DNA from: Lingula anatina
Taxonomy: Eukaryota; Animalia; Brachiopoda
NCBI GenBank assembly: GCA_051362555.1
Contig: CM120640.1
Coordinates: 8,494,001-8,558,000, forward strand
DNA length: 64,000 nt
Direction of reading: 5' to 3'
This document shows positions 1-12,712 of the stretch, in pieces; within the stretch, counting starts at the first letter, position 1; each line of letters starts with the position of its first letter. The notes under the pieces were generated by a model. It made no database searches, was not told the origin of the DNA, and worked only from the letters and a program-made list of their open reading frames with translations. The translations under genes were made by a program, and so were the position numbers.

Positions 1-629
1 CAGCTTCTTCTTTGAAAATAACCTTGAGTTTCAGAGCTAATGAGAATCATTTTGTAAATTCCAAAATATTTCTGCTAACAAGAACAGATCTTAAATAAAA
101 CTGATGTTATCAACTATCTGCTGCTCATAGCAACAACTGTATATAATTTACAGTAGCTTTATGTACATTGTATTAATAACAGATACCATGCTTTAGGCTT
201 ACATAAAGGAAGTATTGCAAACAGCAGTCAACTCAACATATGGACAGGTTTTTTGAGATCTTGGTTTTATGAGATAGCAGGTAGCATATTAAAATTATTC
301 ACTCAGGTAATTTGACAGATTTGTTTATACAAGTGAAACAATTTATATGAGAATAACAACACATTTTGCCCAACCATAAATTTTTTTACTTGACCATCAC
401 AGGTGTTATGGCTGGGTTATATTCAATACATGGGCAATGGGACAAATAATTATATAAAAACTTACAATTGAATGACCCAGAAAACAATGCATTTGCTATT
501 GGTTTTGTAAACTTAAATAAACTAGCCATGGTAATAGTCAGATGTTAGAGGCAAATAACTAGTTCTTGTCCAGTTACCAAGATCGTCTGAAGCCCAAGGT
601 TCTGAAGAGAAGATTAACTGAAAGCTTAC

Positions 630-3600
630 CAATGCGTGTTGGACTAGGAAACCACTTTCTGTATTGATTAGTTTTGATTCTGCGATGATCACAGCACACA
701 ATCTAAAACAAAAGAGAAATCAGTCCATTATCTGCAGCTGTCAGACGTCATTTGTGAACGCTTAAATAAACTGAATCTTACAAAATGCATGTGAGGCTTC
801 AAATTTACTGATATCAACAGGATATGATCAACTATTCTTTGAAAAAGTCATGCAACAAGTTTCTTTTAATTGATTCAGACAATCAAAAATTTATACACTG
901 CACCCTCAAATATGTCCTCTAAATTTTTTTGCTTCTATACCATCAGTAATCATTGTCATGTAAATATTTTGATAACGTGTCAAGTAATAATGTTATGTAT
1001 ACATAAGCATATTACAAAATTCATAATGCTCTTAACAACAAACACATTTTCAGGTGTGACAGAGTAACTAATAACATTGGGTGTGACCCAGAAAGCCAAC
1101 ATACATAAAACTTAAGAGTAAAGAGATTTTGTGTTAATGATGTTATTTAAATGTGAATAACACCTGTAAATAAAGACTTTCATAGGCATGATGAGTAGAA
1201 TAAACTTACTAAAGTTGTATGGGTGGACAACTGAAATGTAGCTTTGCTTTGAGTGTTAATGTGCTTACTTTATTGGACAGGCACTCATCCAGGTTTAGAA
1301 AGTGTTGCACTTTCTGTTTCTTTTCGCAGTGACATTCTACTACTGCTTTGTATGAAATTCTTTTCATCCACATTTCCCGAAGGTCTGATAATGAGGAGTC
1401 CAGAAAATTCCGAACCTAAAAGAAATGAAAAGTCTTAAATTATCTTTCATTTAACTCTCAACTACAAAACAATTTTTAAGTAGCACATTCCCAATGAAAA
1501 ACATCTGATCAACATCTTTAAACTTCAACCTGTTAAAAACATTGATTATCAAACTGGACCGGCCTTTTAATCCTGAAGATACTAAGCACCATGTGTTACC
1601 TTGGCTGTAGCTGTGATATCTGGTGCAGGAAGTGCCTTTTCTCCCTGTGTTCCAAGTGAAGACACATCTGAATCTTCCAGCTCTGCCACTCTCAGAACAC
1701 AAACCTGCAACATATTCCGTTTGTTACAATTTTTGGATTTACCAGAAAAACAAGTATTGTCATACATATCCTAAAAACTTTGGTAGCTTCTCAAAAACAT
1801 TTGTCTTAATGAAAAAAGAAAAAATTTAAAAATTAAATGAAAGTGAATCATATTTAAACCTGTGTTACATAGTAGAAAGAGCTGTAACCACACAGTAATG
1901 AAAGTGAAATTTTCCAAAATCATTCCATCAATCTAATCCACAATGATAAACTGTATCAATATACATTTGCTCTTCATGGAAAACCTAAGTTGTACACTAT
2001 CAAGAAAAGCAGGTGACAACAGATTCTGTACCTTTATCCTTGCCACCAGCATGGGTTCCATCTCCAGTAGGAAGTCATGCTCACTGTCTAGATAGAAGCG
2101 GGCCTTCCTGTAATACAGCTTGGGCATGATTCCTCCACACTCCTGGCACCAGCGAGAGGCTCGCGTTAACAGACGGTGGAACAAACCATCTGAAACAAAG
2201 AAAATTATTGTTTGATTGAAAAAACAAGAAGGCAAGAAGAAATGTAGGGAAAACTTAATGTTACGCTGGTAAAAAGAAATAAATTAATCAAAGTGCACAC
2301 CTTTTGGTTAACATAGCCAGCAAAATATATCTCTATGTACAACTGCTTGCAATTGGGAGCAAAAAAAATGTTATAGAAGCCAATCTTTTCAAAATTATCA
2401 CTTTGTTAATTCATAGCAATATCATTCTAAAATATTTTTTATCTTAAACTCATGAACAATTCAAAACCAGAATGTGGATATGAAGATTCCAAATCATTCA
2501 GCTTACCAGGTAAAAATCCATTGAAATCTAGGTAGAACACAACATCTTTTTCTTTTACAGTGAAAAGATTGTCTGAGCCTATAGGACACTTTTTGAGTAA
2601 TGAAGGCACGTAATATACTTCTGGAGGGTTTGCCGAATTTTCTTGGCTTTGCTGAAATATGAGAAAAGAATGATTAAAATTTACTGATGTGATAATACAG
2701 TTGCCTTCTCGCTTGGGAGTAAGTTAGTAAATGAAGCTAATCCTAGGCACCTATATTATCATAAGTGTCCCCAAGGGTCGGATGGAGGCTGTGTTCTTCA
2801 CTGTCTTCTACACTGACAGGCCCCTTAATTTTTTCAGTCGGAAGATGGTCAAAAATGGAGGATGGATCCAAAAGGATAATTTGGAACTCTGTCACAAAAT
2901 ATATAGCTGCACAACATGTTATAGATAAATTTCAAAATGTCAGGATACTCACATGTTTTGGAGGAAGACATGGGCAAATGAGGTCAAACTTTTCCATGAG
3001 TCCCAGTAAGGCAGGTTTCTGGTCCAGATAATCCTTCCACATGTGATCTATTAGTCTTCCCTCCAGCACTCCATCATGCTCTAGTCTGTTCCAGGAATCC
3101 ACATACACGCCCCACTGAAACAGAGCAATGAAATATGTCTATACAAGACCTCTGTTACTTGGTCATATCCTTTTTTTTCAAAGAATTCACAACTGTCTGT
3201 ACCACACACTGCAAATCTATTGTTTTTCATCTCCCCTCAAAATTTATCACATATTCTTTGGCAAATATACAACAGAACCAGCTCTCCTACCTGTTCCTTC
3301 TTCTCCACCACTGTGATGACCCTCTTGAACATATCAATGAGCCACTGTGGCTTCAGTATCACTGTGTTTCTCAGGGTGTTGTCCAGTGTGGCCATTTCAC
3401 CGTAGTATATGATAACACCAAGATCATGGTGGAACTCCAGCACTGTCTTCAGCTCACTGTCACTGGTGATCCCTGCATCACTGGCCACCTCACGGATCTG
3501 TAATTATTGTTAGATTTCTGTTATTTTGTCTTTTTAATTATGGTTGGCAATATTTTCATATGCTATAACGTGTTTCATAAAAAGGTTTTTTTTTTTTTGC

Positions 3601-6600
3601 AAACCAATTACATTGCATGTTATGACATGTACTAAATGAAAAGAACATAAAGCATATATTCACTGACATATAAAACTGACTAGGAACCATATATTGTGTT
3701 CTAGTATTCCAATGCTATAAATCTAAGCTACAAAACTCCATATATCAAACAGACTCTAACATATTAGCATTATGTGAAAAGAAAATAAAGCATATATTCA
3801 CTGACATATAAAACTGACTAGGAACCATATATTGTGTTCTAGTATTCCGATGCTATAAATCTAAGCTACAAAACTCCATATATCAAACAGACTCTAACAT
3901 AATGCTAATACCACTCTAAGCTAAATAAAACATTTTCTAATGAGAAATAAAATGCTCCAGATACAAAGGTGCCCCTCCCCTCATCTCCATAACAACCTCA
4001 TCAATCTTCTCCCATTTGATGAAACTTTTATCAATCAATTAACTGGTGCCAACTCTAACCTGCTCCAGAGTAACAAAATTGGTCCCCTGCTCCACCAACT
4101 TTTCCACCAGTTGTTCAAACTTCAGCCATTTGATTGGCATTTGTTCTCCCATGTAGGGCTCCCTACTGGCCACTTCTTCTATGTACTGTCTGAGCTGGAT
4201 TAGCTGCTCATCCTTCTGCCCTTCAGGAAGGTTGTTCTCCACGGCAAATGTAAGATTCACAACATGTCTCTGGTATGATTTGTTCATGAGGATTTCACGT
4301 ATTCTCTTGAACTTCTCCTCCACCTGTAAAGAGCAGAAAACAGGAATTTTGAGTCAGTAAAAAGAGTTCATAGTGTAGTCCTTGTCACATTCTTTGCAAT
4401 GTGCTTGATTCTAAAGAAGCGAAAAGCAAATAACAGGTTCCCGTGAAATAAATCACCCGGAAACACAAAACCCATCACTTACCTAGATGAAAAGCAGAGC
4501 CACACAATAAAGAACTAAGCAAATTAACCAGGATGGCATTTATCTGGAATCCATACATCTCCCTAACATACCTGAGGTCTAAATGTCATCATCTAGCATG
4601 TATTTCTCAAGACAACAGACTGAGAATATATTTTACATTCATTAATGATAATATCTGACTTTCATACCTCCTTCAGATTTTCAGTATTTAATTTTTTCAA
4701 GTTATCATCTTTTTAAACACTATAAGCAATTTTTCCCCACGTTGTTGATGGCTCATTAACATCACATTTTTTTTTTGCAAATCAATCATATCAAATTGCA
4801 GAGCATATAATTGATGAAAGTAAAATACCAATCATTATTTCATGAACAAATTACTAGTATATCAGATTTAAGAGATTTTAACAAAAAAACAAACTTTTTA
4901 GGAAAAAACCAGCGACTAACTTTGAAATTAACAAGGCAGCAAAGCTGTCAAATGCACAGACAAAAAACAGGAAATAACTATGCACAAAATAGGCTACTGT
5001 CAGTTCTGATGCAAAAGTACATTATGTTAAACTGCAAATTCAACATCAAATTTTAATTATGCTCAACAGGTAATACCAATGTAAGTAAAATGTGTAACAG
5101 GCATAAGGCTTCAGGCCCATGGGAGTTCAAGTTCACACTTTGAAAATGTATAACTTCCAGAAAAAGAAGCCAATTAGACTCCTTTTCCAACTCGGGCTGC
5201 ATTTTAGTCCTGTATTTCTTTTTTAAAAGTTTGGCAATCATAAGTAACATGGTTTTCCCATAATGGTCGTCATGGCAACAGCACCCAAAATTGTGTTTTC
5301 TTCTATTCTAAATAGTTTTTTTCAAATTTTGATGCAATATTACATAATGTTTTACAGCATAATGAACATCAATTTTTAATAATAAAATATTAGTATTATG
5401 GATATTCAGAAAATGTGACTAGCAAAGGTCTTCAGGTCCATGGAACTTCAAAGTCACTACTTGAAAATGCCAAAATGTAAACAAGACAGCACTGTTCTGA
5501 AATGTTTTTTTTTTCCATTTTTAACAATTTTTAACATAAAACAAAATTAACAGTTTACTGCCATTTTTATATGATCAACTAAGAAAATTGATGAGATGGG
5601 AAAAATATCAATAGAGCAGTGTTAAATGTCCAATTTCTTCCATTCTGATATTCTGAACATAGTGATTTATTGAATCTGACAAACTGCAATGATATGAGTT
5701 TATTTCCATTTTTGAAACTTTATTACACAATACACGATAACAAGTTTACCATCATTTTTATAAAATCAACTAACAATGTTGTAAAGATGCAGGAAATGTC
5801 CAAAAAACACTTTTACGTATCTTATTAATTAAATAATGAAACTATTAACATGCCTAAGAATTGAATCTGAGGAAATGTGAACCAAGACAGCACTGTTCTG
5901 ACATGGGTTTATTTCCATTTTTAACACTTTTTTTAACATAAAACAAAATAAACAGTTTACTGCAATTTTTATATGATCAACTAAGAAAATTGATGAGATG
6001 GGAAAAATATCAATAGAATAGTGTTAAATGTCCAATTTCCTCCTTTCTGAGATTCTGAACATAGTGAATGATTGAATCTGACATCTGTGTCTGTACATAA
6101 AAATGGATTCATTAACCATTGGTAAGTATGGGAAAATTGTTGTTTACTCCAGGAAAATTATTTTTTGGCCGAAACGAAGAGTTATTATTGCTTTGGAGTA
6201 CACAAACTTGATAAAAGGAAAACTGTTTTATCACAAAGCCTATATAAACAAGCCATGAAATAGTCACAAACATATCTGGTATAAAATGGAGCAATTAGAA
6301 GTTGACTTTTTTTGCAATTAATGAACCATAAAACACAAGAGATAAATATGCGTATTGGTACCCCTAAATTCTTACGGTGATCAAACAACTGCCACAGCAG
6401 GACAATATTTAAAAACCACGTCTTCGCAGGCAATAGGTTTACAAAAATATACAATTTATTCTATTCTGTAAATGAACTCTGATTTAAAAGCTTCATTAAC
6501 GACATTGTACCTTCATTGAATCTAAAAACCAACACCTTTTTATAGCAAATAGGATATAAGAAGCCATATATACTGACCAATTTTTGCCTCTCCTCTGGAT

Positions 6601-9600
6601 TGTCACTTAGGCTATCTCGGTGGGTTCCTACTATAAGTATAGGTGGCGACAGCGTCATGTTATCCACACTGTTTCTGGTATTCTGGGCAGCGTGGGCATG
6701 AATAGAACTCATCCAAAAGTCCATGTAGTCTAGATTAGACAGCTCATTTTCCGCACCCTGAGACTGAAAAAATTAATAACAAGCATTATTTCTGTGCATC
6801 CTACACTTTCATTATACTAGTGCAATACAATAGATTTCAGTGAACAGTTGTTAGCAGCTGTGACCGCATGTAAATCAGAGATCAGGAAAATGAGAAAAAC
6901 AAACTCATTACTATGTTGTTCACAGTAAATTCACAATGACTGAGTGACACTTCAAGCATTTTGTGTTAACCAAGGAAGCAATCATACTGATAGACAACTC
7001 TCACTCCAGGGTTCTTGAATAGCATTGCAGACAGATCAATATGAATATAAGGTCAGTAAACTTTGCTACGCACCTGCTCTTCCTCTCCTTCTACAACCAT
7101 TTTAGCAGGTGCATCCAGATCTAAACACAGGTTGAACACAATCACATACACTGCTCTTGAGGACAGAAAAACCTGGAAAGTACAAGTACCAAGATAAAAA
7201 TTCACCTCTCCTCTTATACTTCATCAAGTAACCATTCCATAAATACATTTCATCATAAACACTTAGGACAAAAAAAAAACACTTTATCTCAATCTGTCTT
7301 GTAATGAAAAATACATTTGGCAGAAAATATTAAATCCCATTGACTAGAAATATCATTCTGGAATAAGCTTGAAACAATATCCTAACACTTACCTGATGCG
7401 TTGTGTAGTAAACAGCCTGACCAGCAAAGTCCCATATGTTGAGAATAATATTCTTGCCAGCAGTACTGGGGGTGTTTGCTGTAGGTGCTGTGGACTGGTT
7501 AGTTTGTTTCTCCTTCCACTTCTCCTGTACTAACTGTACCACTCTCTCTGGCATCTCCTTCAACAGCTCTTCCTGCAAGGAGAAGTCTCCTCCCCCTGTG
7601 CCTGGACTGTTGCCACTACTGGCAGGACCAGAGTTTTTACTTTTACGCTGTAAGAGATTTTCTGTCTATAAACACATTTGGCAGACGGCAATTTTTTTGC
7701 TTTATCTATACACCAAATATGTGGCTTTTCTATTCCTTCAATTTTTTTTCACTTCAAGTTTACATGGCTAATGATCTTCCTCCTCAAAAAAACTTTATAC
7801 CAAGTACAATGTTAATTTCACCCCTGAAAAATACTCAATCATCACAACATTCTTCTGAATCTATAAACTTCATCAGCTACACTGAACTTACTCTATAGAC
7901 CCTCTATACTCCCTTGACCATCATAAGGTATAATACAAAATTCAGTGCACTCAACATACCCACACTTTGACATTATGAATATTTATTTCATATTTACCCT
8001 TTCCCCTCTTGACTCTGGACGAAGCTTGTTGTTTCGTTTATTGTCTGATTGACTTGCTTTTTCATTACTGTCCTTTTCTCTTTGTTTTTTCTTGTACAAC
8101 AGTTCTTGAACTATATTAGTTGCCAAGGCCTGGTAATATTCTTCTTCTAGATCTGAAAATAGATTTGCAAGATTTCACCTCTTTTCTCTATCTTTTAATT
8201 TTTTGGTAAATAATTATGAGTGTTAATTCAACTTCATTCTTTTATTTCAATTATCAATTTATTTACTTATTCAATGCTTTTAAAAAAATATCAAAACAAG
8301 CAAATGCTGGAATATTTTACGAGTATGTCAGATATCCTAGATACAATGTACCATGACAAAAACACCCTAAACACCCTTGACCTCACCTTATGCACTGTAG
8401 AATATAGTATACCCTAGTGACAATTAAAACATACCATGTGCCTTTTCTCCCCCCTGCTCCAGTTCCTCTTTGCCTCCTTTAATCGCCAGTTGCCATGACT
8501 TCCTATCACGTAAGTTAAAACTACAGGAAGCAGATAGGTCGATGCCGTCAGTGCTCTGTTCACTAGTGTCATGTCTGAAAATTGTGATATTAATGAACAT
8601 AATCCAGCTCTGTAATGTGTTTTAGTAATTGTTCTAGGGAATGCTTCACGGGGTTAAAGATGGAAATAATATAAATTGTAAAAATATCCACTGCTTAAAG
8701 TAAATGCTTGTGAATTTTTCATCTACACAAATCGGTGATTTGGTCAAATGTGAACTAGCTATTCAATCATCAAAGGGACCTTTCAATTGTATACAGATCT
8801 AGAAGAGACAAAAATAGTTGCCCCATGACATTAAATTGATTTGAATATTGGAGTGGAGGAATAAAACATCACAGTGCCTTCAATGACTTAGTACTGATTA
8901 AGATCAGAGTCAGATGGGAATAGCACAATGTTAGCTAGTTTGTGTGGCAGACATTGATTCCAGGTAAATTTAACTGGCCTTTGACTTAAAACTTTCAATC
9001 AAACACACTGCAGCCTGCACTTATGTACATATACAGCTCTATTAAGCTACTAGTAACACCTCCAGCAAGCTTTCTTACATAACACTTAGGTACACACAAC
9101 GAAGATATCAGGATGGAATCCAAACGCATTAATTTTATTAATGAAATTCTACAAAGTTCTTTCTTAAACCAAGAACTTGTTTTGCTGGGAACCAAAGGAT
9201 TACACAGATTCAGTCATATTGACATTAATATCCAGAACAATTTTATTAAATGCCAACTGTCTCCTACACAGTGGTATTTAGGTACCAAATACAAAGCTAT
9301 ATTTCCTTTATGTTCCCCGGACTGAAATATGGATCTCAAAAAATTCAATTTGATTAAACAGCTAGAGTAAACTTATGCAAAAGAAATTTCTTTAATCTAA
9401 CCCTTTCCATAATGAATCTTTTAGAATGTAAAAAGTAATTATTTTAAATAAAGAATTGTTTAAACACTGAACAATGGTGCAAGTGTTCTTGGTAGGAAAA
9501 ATAATAAGATAATGAGACTGTGCACAGACAGAATATGACAGTTTAATTTTTTTCTGGAATATATCCATAGTCATTAGTTTAGCATCTCCATCCATTATCC

Positions 9601-11812
9601 AGGAGAACATTTATCACTGTACCTGGTAAACTAATGTGTGACATTAATCGATAAAAGTACATAGTAGTAACATGCGGCCTACTGAATGCTATCATTACAT
9701 ATGTCAGGTACCTAGGAATTGTGCCATTCAGATACCCAATTTAACTACTAGTATATCCTGTTTACTAAAACAAAATCAAATTAAAACAGTAGCAATGGCA
9801 GATATTTTGGGGAAGTAACAACAATTTACCAAAATCTCCTATTTGGCACCAGTGTTAGGATTTTCAATTTTCAAACTGACTGCCAGAGAAATAACTTTCT
9901 TAAAACTTTTTTTTTCTTCTTAGAACTGACAAGTTGAAAGAAAGACATTGATGACATTGACAAACTATATTTATAAATAAATCTATATTCATTCTTTTTC
10001 CTAAGAGTGACAGTTAATGTGACAACTGAAACTCATCTTTATGTAACATTCAAAGTAATACCATTATTCCATGAAATAGAAAAGAAAAGAAAAACATTCT
10101 ATAAAGCTTAAGAGAAAAAATCCCTGCCTGAAACTTAAAGAGCAGAATAATCATGAAACCTACCTCTGTCCAATCAAAGCTTTCTTTAAGCTTGTTTTTC
10201 CTACTCCATCTCTTCCTAAAAGCATCAGTCTGGTTCTAAACAATGGCTGTGTTCCAGATTCTGAGGCTTTCTGAAAGGCTTGCATGGCATCAGGGCCTCT
10301 GGCAATGATCTCCACAGGAGTTTCATCTGAAATCATGCCAAAATCTACTCAATGCTGACCCTCTGGCTCTACATTTTCATACCACACTTCACAATAAAAA
10401 AAATGGAGTTATGAGATAATTCATAGCTAAAAAAGCACTGTCTATCCTTGCCTCATAAATAACAAGGGTGGGGAGGGGAGGGGAGCATGAGATTTTTATG
10501 TGACAATTCTATCAATAAATACAATTTGGAAACAGGAATATAATTATTATCATTAAATTATCATCAATATTGTTACAACAGAATTCTGGGCTACTGTATT
10601 TTTCTTGACCTCATGAAATCATTAAAATGTGAACATTTCAATCATGTAAGTATTTCTTTTTCAGCATGAGATCATTTCAAAACAGCACCATATGTTTCAT
10701 AGCAATCTTGCAAAAGAATAGCTGCTTATCTTTTCTTGTTATGGTGTATAAAAGTCTATTCCATTCAAGCAATTATATAAACATAATAAGTAATAACAAG
10801 GACATTCTGTAAATAAGAGGAGCATTAATCCATTTTCCCTTTTAAAACAGTATCATATCTCAATAAAATAATAATTTCACTGAAGCAACATCTTGTGAAA
10901 AAAAGTCAAGAAAAGGAAAAGCCTAATTCCCCTTACTGTCAGGCTATAACACCTGTGCATAAAACAACACCACTAAGCTACTGTATGTATATCCCATGAA
11001 ACACGACTTACAATCATGAGTACAGGTATAAAGGTTTTATTATCAATAATTCAGGAATCCTATGCTGTATAAAATCAATATCATCAGTAAACAGCATAAT
11101 GCCCAGGATCGATTTCTGAAACCCCTAAGTTGTGACACAAATTAATTCACTAGTATTGTGAGAGCTGCATAAAGCACAGAATGACAATCAGTTCAGTTGA
11201 ATATAATGGTGGCCTCAGAGCAAGAAACTTCAGGTTGATATTTTAGCATACAAACATTACAGAATGTTACATGTTGCTATACTTTGCACTTTTTTCCTAG
11301 TCTTTTCTTTGTTTTCCTTATAAATTGTATACTGTACCTGGAGTGATGAACTTGACAGAGTCCGTGTTCCCATAGATGTCAAATACAACCCAAAGAGGTA
11401 TATTTGTGGGCAAGGCATTAAGCAGCACTCCACGATGTTCATTATTGACAAAATAATGCAACTGCCCCTCTTCATTGATGTAAAATGTAATGTGGTTGCC
11501 ATTCTTGGCATACTGTTCACTAACTCCCCTTGCCCAGTAGCCTGGTTTATTTGTCAGATCTGGACATACATAACGAGGAAGGGAAGCGGGATTCAGTTTT
11601 GCTGGGTCATTCGAGGTCAGGCCTATCCGTATCGCCCCACTCCATTCAGACCTGTGTGACACTTCAATGCAGAGTTTTTCGTTGATCTTAACTGGTTGGG
11701 AACTAAAGGCAATTCCATTGCAGAAGTGTTCCTTTCTGGTGGCCACAGTCTGGTCTTCTGAAAGCACCACGGCCGTGCCATGGATACGGTGAAAGCGGGG
11801 CTTGATGTGCAT
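630..11812 (-). CDS. Neuralized-homology (NHR) domain + Roc GTPase + COR protein (ROCO family), 3' end outside window
   Basis: Phase-consistent GT-AG exons: 11812-11338 (NHR: RFHRIHG..FCNGIAFSSQPV..WSGAIRIGLTS..LWVVFDIYG), 10326-10164 (P-loop LMLLGRDGVGKTS), 8574-8435 (G2 STDGID), 8152-7998, 7647-7393 (G3 IWDFAGQAVYYTTHQ), 7172-7074, 6763-6578 (G4 LIVGTHRD), 4323-4060, 3497-3291 (COR: LEFHHDLGVII..VILKPQWLID), 3114-2953 (LMEKFDLI), 2651-2507 (YYVPSLL, GFLP), 2189-2032 (DGLFHRL), 1704-1600, 1415-1269, 702-630. No stop reached inside the window. Confidence 0.9.
3638..3900. repeat. Local tandem duplication (~138-bp period) in a ROCO intron
   Basis: AAAGCATATATTCACTGACATATAAAACTGAC...CAGACTCTAACAT occurs twice, offset 138 bp, nearly identical. 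Confidence 0.9.
5475..6082. repeat. Diverged direct repeat (~200 bp, ~400-bp spacing) in a ROCO intron
   Basis: CAAGACAGCACTGTTCTGA...GATGAGATGGGAAAAATATCAATAG...TTGAATCTGACA at ~5482-5681 and ~5883-6082. Confidence 0.8.
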
Positions 11813-11822
11813 CCTTCTATCC

Positions 11823-11858
11823 TTAGATCTTCATTTTCTTAAGGCAGCCCATCTCCAT
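11823..11858 (-). promoter_or_regulatory. Upstream ORF (MEMGCLKKMKI*) ending 10 nt before the ROCO start codon
   Basis: ATG at 11858 to TAA at 11823, inside the exon whose acceptor is at 11871-11870; out of frame with the main ATG at 11812. Confidence 0.5.
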
Positions 11859-12544
11859 AAGAATTTAATCTGAGTAAAAGAAAAAAAAAGAACTGTATGT
11901 GACAAGGCAATTCATTATGATTTAATCACTTGCAATGAGGAATCCAACATATCAGAACTTCTATAAATTAAAGACTTCCTCTATTGAACTCCGTTCACAA
12001 AGTCAAGCCACGATGAAGCTACAGGATGGTATTATAATTTATTACTTTGAAATGTGCTAAAAATATAATCCTTGGCAAAATGTTGCGAAGAAGTATTAGC
12101 AGACATATTCAGTTTCCTGAATATAATACTGGTAAGTACAAGTCATTTCAAAGATAACATAAAAGCATCGTTTACTATCTATTACAATTGGTGAGATTAA
12201 CTACCGGTCTTGAGGCAATTAACCAGAGAATTTGGCATCTTACTAGTTCAAAAAAAAGGTACTTCTCAAAGTTAATACTTTAACCAGTATAATGGGAATG
12301 TTGGTGATTGTTTGAGAGTATTTTTCCAATACCAATAACAATACCCATTACAAATCCCAACTAGTAAAATTTGATTCCAACTTGTAGTTTTCTGAAGTCA
12401 TCAAGTGCAGCCACGAAAACAATGGTGACAAAAATTAATCAATTATTTGGTTCAAAGATTCAATCGTACAAACACACTTATTGAGGTTGTAACCTATGTT
12501 GTCACCCTCTACGAAAAATTAATGTCACAAAAACAGGCACTGGT

Positions 12545-12712
12545 CAGGGGCGGATCCAGAGCTATATACTGACAGTCTTCCAAATTATCTTTGTTGATTC
12601 ATCCTCCAATTTTGACCGTCTTCCAACATGAAAAATTGGATACCCGTCAATGTAAACTTGAAAATCTGACCGTCTTCTGGAAGACCCAGAAGACGGCCTA
12701 AATCCGCCCCTG
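12545..12712. mobile_element. Non-autonomous DNA transposon (MITE) with CAGGGGCGGAT termini
   Basis: TIRs CAGGGGCGGAT...ATCCGCCCCTG, flanked by direct CTGGT; a second, inverted family member lies at 52656-52825. Confidence 0.85.
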
